From assembly GCA_977017575.1 (NCBI GenBank), contig CDRNVI010000006.1:216444-280443 (forward strand): a DNA stretch of 64,000 nt, read 5' to 3'. Position 1 is the stretch's first letter, and each line of letters opens with the position of its first letter. The notes under the pieces are model-generated. The model was given only the letters and a program-made list of their open reading frames with translations. It searched no databases and was not told the DNA's origin. Positions 55,548-64,000 of this stretch are shown here, one piece after another. The DNA comes from Paramoeba atlantica. Its lineage: Eukaryota > Protista > Discosea. Made by a program: the position numbers and the translations under genes.

Positions 55548-56762
55548 AAGTATAGGAATATTGCATAAGTATAGGAATATTGCATAAGTATAGGAATATT
55601 GCATAAGTATAGGAATATTGCATAAGTATAGGAATATTGCACAAGTATAGGAATATTGCACAAGTATAGGAATATTGCATAAGTATAGAAATATTGCATA
55701 AGTATAGGAATATTGCATAGCCGTCTAATCATGTCACAAAATACTGTGAATTGGTTTAGTATAGGTTTAGTTTTTGGGTATCCCACTTTCACGTGACTCA
55801 GTGGCCCGGCCGGCCCCTCCGTGCGTTCGGCCTCTCATTTCCCCCAAAACAACTACCACCTTCCCCCCATTTATCAGGGGTCGCTCGCGCGACCCCCGCT
55901 AAATAGGGGGGGAAGGTGGTAGTTGTGGGGTATGGAGGCCTCTCGCAACTCCGGGGCCTCACCGGGAGCAAAGGTGAGTTCCCATAGCACCCCGCACCAA
56001 CTTTTGGCAAAAGTTGAAATCGGTGCCTAAAACTTTATGCATGTGAATGTGCTGTTCCGAAGTATAGGAATATTGCATAAGTATAGGAATATTGCATAAG
56101 TATAGGAATATTGCATAAGTATAGGAATATTGCATAAGTATAGGAATATTGCAGAGCCCCTCTAATTTTTTTTTAACTTTTGAAAAATTTCTCCTGGCAA
56201 GATCCCACCTGTATTGGATCTTACAAATCCTTTTCCTTGTAGATGAGACTCCAAAGTATATACGCACATCACATTTTCTAAAAATGGAAAAGTTGCATAT
56301 AGGGGGTGACCCCGCCAAAGTAGCCAAAAACAGGTGAAAGTGGGCTTTTTTAAGCAAAATCCACGAAAAGTGGCCATTTTAGGGCATTTTAGAAGGGTCA
56401 CCCCTAATATGTGAAGTCTTCATTCGAAGTAAAAGTAGTTCAAAGTGATAGATTAGGGTACGTTATAGCGTCCATATGTTCGGTATTCCATTTTCCCGGG
56501 GTTACAAGTCTATGAGGCACGTAACAAATAAAAAAAATCGCATATTTTCGAGAAATATACCACCCCTGACTTTGTAAAAATTTGTTTCAAATTACAAAAA
56601 ATAGGTGGTTTCCCGACAGTGTAATCGCAGATCTATACAACGGTTATAATTGTCTACCGAAATCAAGAAACTCATATTAAGGGGTGGGGGGTCAAAAATA
56701 GAGTTATGCAATATTCCTATACTTATGCAATATTCCTATACTTATGCAATATTCCTATACTT
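55548..56762. mobile_element. Foldback-like element (1215 bp) bounded by inverted arrays of a 19-bp repeat
   Basis: AAGTATAGGAATATTGCAT x9 (55548-55718), x5 (56060-56153) and inverted x3 (56706-56762); lies between two contiguous parts of one Tc1 sequence. Confidence 0.7.
55805..55966 (-). repeat. ~162-nt rod-like GC-rich hairpin repeat, full copy
   Basis: Imperfect palindrome centred on GTCGC-GCGA-GCGAC; other copies at 36993-37061, 60477-60540 and 61788-61941. Confidence 0.8.
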
Positions 56763-56940
56763 TGACCCACATGCCCCACACCGCTTCGGGACATGCACGC
56801 CCAAATCATGATGTGCCCCCCTCCGTACTTTACCGTAGGAATACCCCTTTTTCACCCAGTTCCTCCCCCGGGGTCCCCCATGTCCAAAGACTTCCCCCCG
56901 TTTCAAAGCGCGAGATCTTCGTCTCGACGACAGTGACAAT
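56763..56940 (-). mobile_element. Tc1 pseudogene, middle part
   Basis: ETKISRF ... TVKYGGG (frameshift) HIMIWACMSRSGVGHV, which continues as GHVRLVQGNLN at 55547. Confidence 0.75.
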
Positions 56941-57679
56941 TAATATTTCCTTTTTTTGTACATAACGAACTATATAGTTTGCTGGGACTCAGAGCTGAAT
57001 CTGACTGGCTAAAATAAAAACAAGAAAAAATAAATAAGAAATAGTTTTGGGCTCCGAAAATTACTGCATACAAGGATTGAATCTTTCTCCAGCTAAAGAT
57101 TCAGTTTCTGTAGCCCTCATCTGGAGGCAAAAGCCCCCGTTTGCGAGCAAGGCCCAACTGTGAGCGTAGCCCTGGGACATAATAATATTTTTCGGCGACC
57201 CGCGCGCTCCAGCGCGCGGGTCGCGCACTGAGAACCTGTGTTTACCCCTTCCGCAGGATTGTCGCTCAAAATATGTATATGGATCAGTCAAAAGCGCTTC
57301 CATGAACATAAACTGAAAAAACGGTGAAATTCCTTCACAAAACACTTCGATGAAGCACCATAAAAGTCAAAATGTCTATATGGATCCGCGAAAAACCTTT
57401 CCGTGAAGATTTGAAAAAATAAGAAAAAGTCAAAAACACCTTCGATGAAGATTCATCGAAAGTGTACAACTTTCAATGTGCTTCATCGAAAGTTGTACAC
57501 TTTGGATGAAGCTTCATCGCTTACTTAGGGCAATTTGAACGGCCGCCCGCACATTTATAATGCATACTAAGCGGCACATTTATAATGCATAATTTTATCA
57601 TAGTGTTGTACACTAGAGATTTTCATTCCGGATAGTCCTGGCAAAGATCAGGATCTTGTTCCGAAAGAGATTTTCCTAC

Positions 57680-59070
57680 TTAAGCTGCTTGTGGTGGGTT
57701 CCAGGTGGGGTTCTGTCGCATAGTATATAGCCTAAATGAAGCCTGAAGTGCAGCAAGGGCAAAGTTTTCACGCATTTTGCGAACGTGGTGTTTATGATCT
57801 TTTGGGAATACCCAGGAAAGATCGAGCGTACTATCGCTAAGTTTGCCCCGAGCTCCGACCTCAAATGTTATGAGGCTCGTGCGTACGTTTGTTGCCTGTC
57901 GGTAGCGCAAAATCTCCTCGTGCTTTGCGCGCTTTCGTTCGCGGGCTTGATCAAAATTTTCTTCCCACGGGGAGGTGAGTTCAATGATGTATTCTGAGCC
58001 ATCTTCTAGGAGAATCCACCCATCTGGTCGTAGCGTGCTAAAGTTTGCTAGCCATAATGGTGGGTGCTCCTCGGAGGGGTTGCCAGGTAGATCAAAATAC
58101 ATTGCTCGTATGTGACCACAACTTCGAAGCGTGTCTAGTAGGACCTTCAGAATCATATTGTGTCGGTATGTATAACGGCCTTGTAAGAGAGATGTTGTAC
58201 AGCTGGTTAGGACATGTCGTAAGGTTTGCTTCCTTTCACGACAGATCGGACAGATGACGTGTCCATCAGCCTTCCCCCATGCACGTGAGTTAGATAGGCT
58301 CGGCGGGGCGTAACTGGTCATGACCATCGAGGTAAACCGAGAGAGATCTTTTCCATGTATATTGTGCAGAGCTCGCGCAAAATCCTCAGCTAACTCAGCA
58401 TCTGTCTCCTCACTAAACCATTTAGCTGCGACGGGAGCGCGGCGACGATACTCAGCTATCAGCTCGTTTTCGGTGTATCGGCGGACCCATGCTCTGGCGC
58501 TCTGTTTGTCATGAAGTCGGTCGGCTGCGAGGATAGCGGGTCTGTGGTGGTGTGCGGAGTCAAGAGTTTTCTCCCATTCCATGCGCCCTTCTAATACGTG
58601 TTGTGTGACTATATCCGAAGAAGACTGGAGAGTCGCAAGACAGGAGACGGTGTATTCGCGCCAGAGTTGGGTCATTGATGTTAGTCCCCATCCCCCATTT
58701 TTGATGTAAAGCTGGTCGGGGTGTGCGTATGCTGCAAGGTTGACCCATTTTCGCGGGAAGCGGCTGCACGTTTTCTGTAGTCTTTTGATGAGATTGAGTG
58801 TAAGCCCGTCATGTACAGTGAGAAGATAGTGCATTCTGGATAACACCGCATTTTCGTACATCCACATACGTGCATGTATCGCGTGCTTGCTCTGGTCGAT
58901 GCGGGTCATCATTGTACGTAACCTTTTCCGCATTTCATCAAAGACCACTCGGGGTGTGCTTCTTCCGATTGACAATATCATACCCAAGAACTTCGTACCC
59001 TTGTCAGCGATATGCGGGATCTCCTCGCTACGAAGGACAAGCTTAGGAGAGAGCGTAGTGAATCCACGGT
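57680..59070 (-). mobile_element. 5'-truncated non-LTR retrotransposon with restriction-like endonuclease (HERO/NeSL/R2-like)
   Basis: End of RT (KFLG), LYIKNGGWGL, CCHC finger CPIC...HVLTSC, GRYTYRHNMIL, RPDG...IIELTSPWE...ERKRAKH; uninterrupted frame. Confidence 0.9.
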
Positions 59071-59343
59071 CTCTACCCAATACGTTCGGTAGGCTTTCAT
59101 TCATGCCTGCGAGTGATTTCCCACGCGCAAATGTCGGATTTAGTGCTCTGAGAGCAAAAATATGCGAAAATGACCCCATTTGTACCCGAAATTCGGCTAT
59201 TTTTGGCTATAATCTTTCCGTTTTCCAGGCTAAATTTTCTTTTTTAGGCTCTTCGTTAAACGCGGTGGTAGTTTTCAACGCGAAGCGCGCAGCATGAGTG
59301 ACTTCTAAGTTGTAAGCAACCACCGCGTTTAACGAAGAGCCTA
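59071..59343 (+). repeat. 3' fragment of the ~905-bp element, fused to the retrotransposon 5' end
   Basis: Matches ~38960-39234 from CTCTACCCAATACG through the terminal hairpin. Confidence 0.85.
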
Positions 59344-59396
59344 AAAAAGAAAATTATCAATGTGCCGCTTAGTATGCATTATCAATGTGCTATATT

Positions 59397-60300
59397 GCGG
59401 TGGTTGTAAAACTACCGCTCTACACTCGATTATTGAAAAAAAAGTGAACAAAAACAGTGAAAATATAAAGAGGAACACAGTAATATAATAGAAGAAAAAA
59501 ATATAAAAGGGGGCTCCGGTGGACCAAAACTGAAAAAAAAATTGAAAAAAATGGGGGGTCCATGGGGGGGGTCCAGGGGGGGGTCCAGGGGGGGGGTCCA
59601 GGGGGGGGGGCATGGTCGAGCAAATTTTTTCGAAAAAATTAGTTTTCGAAAAAAAACCGCAGAAAGGGTAGCCGGGGTCTTGGCGCGCATTTTCCACCCC
59701 CCTACCCGGGGGTGGCCCCCCCGCGTATCCGCAGGACGGGTCCGCCAAGTTCGGATTTTTTCGGAAAAAAAATTTTGAAAAACAATTCAACTTGGCGAAA
59801 AAAATGACAAAAAAAATATTTTTCCAAAATCGTTTCCCCTATTGTATTTTGATAGTTTGGGACCTACACTAGCTTTCTACGCAGTTGTTTTCGCAAGGTA
59901 TCACTTCTTCGAACTGTGGTGCGCCCCCCAAAATGACACATTTTTGACTAAAAAAGGTGAAAAAGTATTTTTCGGACCTAAAGGGGCATTTTTGTGTCGA
60001 AAGAATGGTATGGTTGGAGTCGCATTCTCTACCCAATACGTTCGGTAGGCTTTCATTCATGCCTACAAGTGATTTCCCACGCGCAAATGTCGGATTTAGT
60101 GCTCTGAGAGGAAAAATACGCGAAAATCACCCCATTGTTACCCGAAATTCGGCTATTTTTGGCTATAATCTTTCCGTTTTCCAGGCTAAATTTTCTTTTT
60201 TAGGCTCTTCGTTAAACGCGGTGGTAGTTTTCAACGCGAAGCGCGCAGCATGAGTGACTTCTAAGTTGTAAGCAACCACCGCGTTTAACGAAGAGCCTAA
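59397..60300 (+). mobile_element. ~905-bp dispersed element, copy 2
   Basis: Collinear with 38329-39234 with scattered substitutions; flanked by the 20-bp minisatellite. Confidence 0.8.
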
Positions 60301-60308
60301 AAAAGTAT

Positions 60309-60470
60309 TGCATTATCAATGTGCTATATGCATTATCAATGTGCTATATGCATTATCAATGTGCTATATGCAATATCAATGTGCTATATGCAATATCAAT
60401 GTGCTATATGCATTATCAATGTGCTATATGCATTATCAATGTGCCGCTTAGTATGCATTATTAATGTGCG
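60309..60470 (+). repeat. 20-bp minisatellite, about eight units (GCATTATCAATGTGCTATAT)
   Basis: Read directly; ends in GTGCGGGCGCC as at 37160. Confidence 0.9.
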
Positions 60471-60476
60471 GGCGCC

Positions 60477-60540
60477 GAGGCCTCCATACCCCACAACTAC
60501 CACCTTCCCCCCCTATTTAGCGGGGGTCGCGCGAGCCCCT
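60477..60540 (+). repeat. Half copy of the rod-like hairpin, next to the tRNA-Val 3' end
   Basis: GAGGCCTCCATACCCCACAACTACC...GTCGCGCGAGC. Confidence 0.8.
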
Positions 60541-60555
60541 CGCATGGTAGTAAAA

Positions 60556-60629
60556 TACGCCCGCCGGGAATCGAACCCAGGACCTTCGCTGTGTTAAAGC
60601 GATGTCATAACCAACTAGACTACAGGCGC
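60556..60629 (-). tRNA. tRNA-Val(AAC)
   Basis: Cloverleaf; anticodon arm TCGCT-TTAACAC-AGCGA; T loop TTCGATT. Confidence 0.95.
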
Positions 60630-60684
60630 CCAGTGCGCCTAAAAGAATCCCCTTGTGCATCGGCCGAAATCACACTGGTAAAAA

Positions 60685-60768
60685 TCCGACCGGCCGGAAT
60701 CGAACCAGCGACCCTGTGATATCTGCGCGTTCTACAGTCACATGCTCTACCAATTGAGCTACGGTCGG
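60685..60768 (-). tRNA. tRNA-Tyr(GTA) with 11-nt intron (60721-60731)
   Basis: CCGACCG acceptor; TGTGA-CTGTAG[AACGCGCAGAT]A-TCACA; 73 nt after splicing. Confidence 0.95.
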
Positions 60769-60841
60769 CAACACAACAACTGGTCATTGAAGTTCTACAC
60801 TTTACTTTTTCGATCACCCCAAAGTGACATGGAACGGAAAA

Positions 60842-60914
60842 TGCCTCGACCCGGGATCGAACCAGGGACCTTTAGATCTTCAGTCTAACGCTCTCCCAAC
60901 TGAGCTATCGAGGC
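60842..60914 (-). tRNA. tRNA-Phe(GAA)
   Basis: GCCTCGATAGCTCAGTTGGGAGAGCGTTAGACTGAAGATCTAAAGGTCCCTGGTTCGATCCC...; canonical 73 nt. Confidence 0.97.
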
Positions 60915-61119
60915 ACGCGGACGAGGCTCACGGTGCATTATCGTGAAGTCCCCTTTTCTTCCGAAACCAACAGAGCGCGGGCGTGCTCGTTACGAAAAAG
61001 AGTAGAGCACAACTACGCTAGTCTTCCGAATCTTTTTGAGCTCATCAGCGTACCAAATACTTTTAGCGGCTCGGCGATCTGTTTTATCTTCTTGTTTCGA
61101 TAGCCACGCAGGAATCTTT

Positions 61120-61320
61120 AAGAACGTACTCTACACAGAATCAGTTTTTGAGTACATATTCTGGTTCGTCTCGTGCGAACTAGCTGCTTGCAACGCCTGT
61201 TGATTTAATTGTGCTCAAGCCATAGGGACAACTGGATGATCTACTGGTGGAGCCAATGAAGGCGCGATGAAAACATGATCAGCTCTGCATTCAAAATGCC
61301 TCTCAAGCGGCACACTGATA
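61120..61320 (+). ncRNA. U3: U3 snoRNA (3' end uncertain: box D at 61315 or 61360)
   Basis: 5' AAGAACGTACTCTACACAGAATCAGTTTTTGAGTACA closely resembles the trypanosomatid U3 5' domain as I recall it (GTACTC/GAGTAC stem). Candidate C' GGATGA 61234, B GAGC..TGAAG, C GATGA, D CTGA. Divergent from a tRNA. Confidence 0.78.
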
Positions 61321-61539
61321 AAGCAGTACACGCACTGGCAAGGCATAGTCGCTCGCACACTGATAATAATAGTCCACGTTTTGAAATTTAGCCGGGGGGC
61401 TGTTATGTATTTGCCTGCTGGCCCTTCGGGGCACATAATTTCTTCAAATTATGATTTGTGTTCTATAATTACATGGATATTTTACTATTTCTTATATATC
61501 CTTGTTAGGTTGTTGTTTCTACGTTTAAGTTTTTGTGCC

Positions 61540-61635
61540 TAGCCACTTGCACCTTTATAACGCATAAAACTCGCACCCTTATAACGCATAAATCTCGCAC
61601 CCTTATAATGCATAAATCTCGCACCCTTATAATGC
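61540..61635 (+). repeat. 24-bp minisatellite, four units (CTCGCACCCTTATAATGCATAAAT)
   Basis: Read directly. Confidence 0.85.
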
Positions 61636-61787
61636 ATATTTTTGGTGAGCCCCTCAAAAAAAAAGTGACCCCCCCTCGAAAAAAAAATCGACCCCATGAA
61701 ACAAAAGTGGAGGGGGGGAAATAAGTTAAAAAGAAAAAAAGTGGAGGGGAGAAACAAGTTAAAGAGCGCTAGTATTTCATTCCTGTT

Positions 61788-61941
61788 CCCGGTGAGGCCC
61801 CGGAGTTGCGAGAGGCCTCCATACCCCACAACTACCACCTTCCCCCCCTATTTAGCGGGGGTCGCGCGAGCCACCCCTGATAAATGGGGGGAGTTGTTTT
61901 GGGGAATATGCGAGGCCGAACGCACGGAGGGACCGGCCGGG
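61788..61941 (+). repeat. Rod-like hairpin repeat, near-full copy with an 8-nt deletion in the 3' arm
   Basis: 5' arm identical to the 55805-55966 copy; 3' arm lacks AAGGTGGT. Confidence 0.8.
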
Positions 61942-62085
61942 CGAATGAACCCAGGCACCACATCCAACCCCTAGCAAAGCCTAGACCTTGTTTACCCGTT
62001 TCCAAGACAAAAATGTGTGTCGTTAGTGGGAAGCAATTTGCGAAGCCCACTCGCACCTTTATCTGGCATAAAAAGTGGCCACTTA

Positions 62086-63809
62086 CAGTGGTTTCAGTTG
62101 ATCTTGCCCCCCCCTCGGAATTTTGATTTTTTTTATCCCTTTGCTCATCTTTGCAGCATTGGACAGATCTCGTTCCCCTAGCGAAGAGCTTTGCCGCCTT
62201 TTTTTCATAGAGACCCCCTGGTGCCCCTTGGGTGACCCGAAAGTTGACCAAAATAATAAAAAATGATATTTTTTACCATATCAAAAATGAAACGAAAAAC
62301 GGATTTTATGTCCAAAAGTTAACTCTAAAGGAAAAGAACTAGTATCCGGAATGGCCTCCATTGTTTTGCAACACTTTTTGAAGTCTATTAGGGACTGGAT
62401 CAATTGTGTTGCACACTTTACGTTTTTCTTGAGGACGTTTTAGAATCTGAAAAGCTTTTTTAATAGCATCGGCGAGGGTAGCATGTTTGTGGGGCTTAAT
62501 TTTTTTCTTTATGATACCGTTCATTTGTTTCCAAACATTTTATATTGGATTTAAATCAGGCGAATTCGCTGGCCAAGACAATTGTTTAATACGATAATTA
62601 ATCAATTCACCTTTTGCCAAGTTATGGGTGGTAGCATTATCCATTTGCACAGTCACATTGTCAACGTGGTCTTTGAGATAATGTAAAAACCCATTAGGCT
62701 TCTGAAAGGAGTCAAGGATCACTCCCCCAGTGACCTTGTGCGCGTTTTCATAAATGGGTTCAAACACGTGCAAGAAAAATCCGTGTTCTACACTAATACC
62801 CATCCAAGCCATTACCCCCTTCCCCCCATACCACCTACGGTTTCTGCAGCGAGGCTTTCTTTGGCACCCTTTAGGTCCAATGAAAAACTGAGACCCATGA
62901 ACCGCACAGGTAAACAACTTTTCATCGGTCCAAATGATTTTGTTTAAATCTTCTTTAGGCCATGTAAGCAATTCGTTTGCTAATCTCAAACGCTGCGACT
63001 TGTGTTCCTCAGATAGGTCACAGTTCGGCGACTTATCCCATCTACCGTAATCAATATTTTTCAAAATAGTTCTTATTTTGTTTAACGAACATTTATACCC
63101 CATATTCAGCACTTGCTCGTGTATCCAAGTATAAGTTAAGCAACCATCGTACGTTTCGTTTTCATCATCCACAATTTTTTTTACAAGGTCCTTAAACCGC
63201 CTTGATGATTTTTTTCCTGGGGATTTTTGGGGTGTAAGATCTTCTCCTTCCTTCCACAGGTTAACAATTCTTCTTATGGTGCGACGGTCACGTCCGAAAT
63301 TATTAGATAATTTATGTATGCTTAATCCCTTTTTGTGTTGCTTTATTATTTCTTTTCTCTCGCAAAGAGGTAATGCCACGGTTCCTTTGTGGGATATTGG
63401 GGGATTGTCTTCTCTTTTGTCATTCCATCCCTGTACGTACTCCCCCTGTTTGGGGTTAGAGGGTCTGGTCTGCATAATGTAGAGTTGTTGACTATATTAA
63501 ATTAGGCGATAGGGATGGTACTAGACATAGAGCTTTCAAATTATCAATTTAGAACACTATTACTCGTACTTACATGTTCAAAATGTACAAAAAATCGGGA
63601 AAATGTGACAAAAAATGGTTGTGTACACAGAAAACGTCAAAAAAAACAGTGTTTTTCGGACCCAGGGGGCACCAGAGGGTCTCTATGAAAAAAAAGCGGC
63701 AAAGCTCTTCGCTAGGGGAACGAGATCTGTCCAATGCTGCAAAGATGAGCAAAAATGGATAAAAAAAATCAAAATTCCGAGGGGGGGGCAAGATCAACTG
63801 AAACCACTG
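62086..63809 (-). mobile_element. Full-length Tc1-like transposon (1724 bp); transposase 63475-62339 with TAA at the catalytic Glu, 32-residue spacing
   Basis: TA|CAGTGGTTTCAGTTGATCTTG, ~145-bp TIRs, TA TSD; IIWTDEKLF, VQMDNATTH, SWPANSPDLNPI*NVWKQM, ends GGHSGY. Confidence 0.92.
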
Positions 63810-63810
63810 T

Positions 63811-63958
63811 ATATTGCATACTAAGCTGCACCTTTATGTTGCATAATTCACTTTTATATTGCATAATTCACCTTTATATTGCATAATGCACCTTTATATG
63901 GCATATTAAGCTGCACCTTTATATTGCATAAAATCCGCACCTTTATCTGGCATAAAAC
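63811..63958 (+). repeat. 21-25-bp degenerate minisatellite (GCACCTTTATATTGCATAA core)
   Basis: About seven units; the same motif is left of the transposon at 62052-62070. Confidence 0.8.
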
Positions 63959-64000
63959 TTGAAAAAAAAATCGAGCCCTTAAATATTTTTCGAGCCCTTA

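Noticed and set aside
55805-55966. Rod hairpin as 7SL/SRP RNA or ribozyme
   Set aside because: It lacks the helix-8 CAGG/AGCA motif, an Alu domain, the hammerhead CUGAnGA/GAAA core and an evident HDV-like fold.
55548-56153. 19-bp (and 20/24/27-bp) arrays as CRISPR or telomeric repeats
   Set aside because: Units abut without spacers, are internal and occur in both orientations, and lack TTAGGG-like G-strand character.
57102-57112. CAGTTTCTGTA resembling part of the spliced leader
   Set aside because: Only 11 nt match; no AACTAA start or TTTATTG/GT donor.
57195-57231. GC hairpin plus CTGA as a canonical Helitron 3' end
   Set aside because: The CTRR lies only 3 nt from the hairpin, is followed by G rather than T, and no matching 5' TC end was found.
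59071-59179. N-terminal MGSFSHIF...NVLGR of the 499-aa ORF 57680-59179
   Set aside because: It comes from the adjacent non-coding repeat (same text in ORF 38802-39068); the retroelement is 5'-truncated at ~59070.
61420-61436. GGCCCTTCGGGGCACAT resembling the U6 5' stem-loop
   Set aside because: No ACAGAGA box or AGC triad follows; a generic UUCG hairpin explains it.
55345-62542. Stops at conserved positions (TGA for Trp at 55345, TAA for Glu at 62540) mimic the Blastocrithidia code (UGA=Trp, UAR=Glu)
   Set aside because: Both are single-base changes in decaying transposons. Other Trp codons in the same fragment are TGG, all 16 host genes including a 2253-aa ORF lack in-frame stops, and TAA, TAG and TGA are all used as terminators.
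1-64000. Fanzor/TnpB or other RNA-guided nuclease cargo in the transposons
   Set aside because: No ORF or remnant showed the RuvC plus CxxC...CxxC pattern on reading; only a tblastn/HMM search could exclude a very degraded copy.

Overview
Eukaryotic nuclear DNA with kinetoplastid-type organisation. Sixteen intron-less housekeeping genes lie head-to-tail on the + strand (1.8-54.6 kb), like one polycistronic unit: NSUN-type m5C methyltransferase, PrimPol, a PPR protein, SRbeta, LSG1, an acyltransferase, a PIN/NYN protein, HUS1, an RGG protein, bacterial-type TopIA, TRAP-alpha, a TruD-like protein, MCM2, a 2253-aa REH2-like DExH helicase and two hypotheticals. The REH2-like helicase, TopIA and a tRNA-Tyr with an 11-nt intron point to Kinetoplastea. 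High divergence plus DNA transposons suggest a Perkinsela-like prokinetoplastid (inference). Four nests of mobile DNA interrupt or follow the unit (about 4-11.7, 30-39.5, 42-44.5 and 54.7-64 kb). They contain Tc1/IS630-like elements (DD34E, DD35E, DD32), pogo, ISL2EU/Harbinger, hAT, a Merlin element fused to a SWIM finger, many TA-flanked MITEs and a restriction-like-endonuclease retrotransposon. Several repeats have no standard name: a foldback-like unit bounded by 19-bp arrays, a ~162-nt rod-like hairpin, a ~905-bp element with hairpins at both ends, and related TGCATA-core minisatellites. Non-coding RNAs absent from the ORF track are five C/D snoRNA copies (6.8-8.9 kb), three tRNAs and a U3 snoRNA (60.5-61.3 kb). 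All calls come from manual motif reading; no searches were run, and element boundaries may be off by a few bases.
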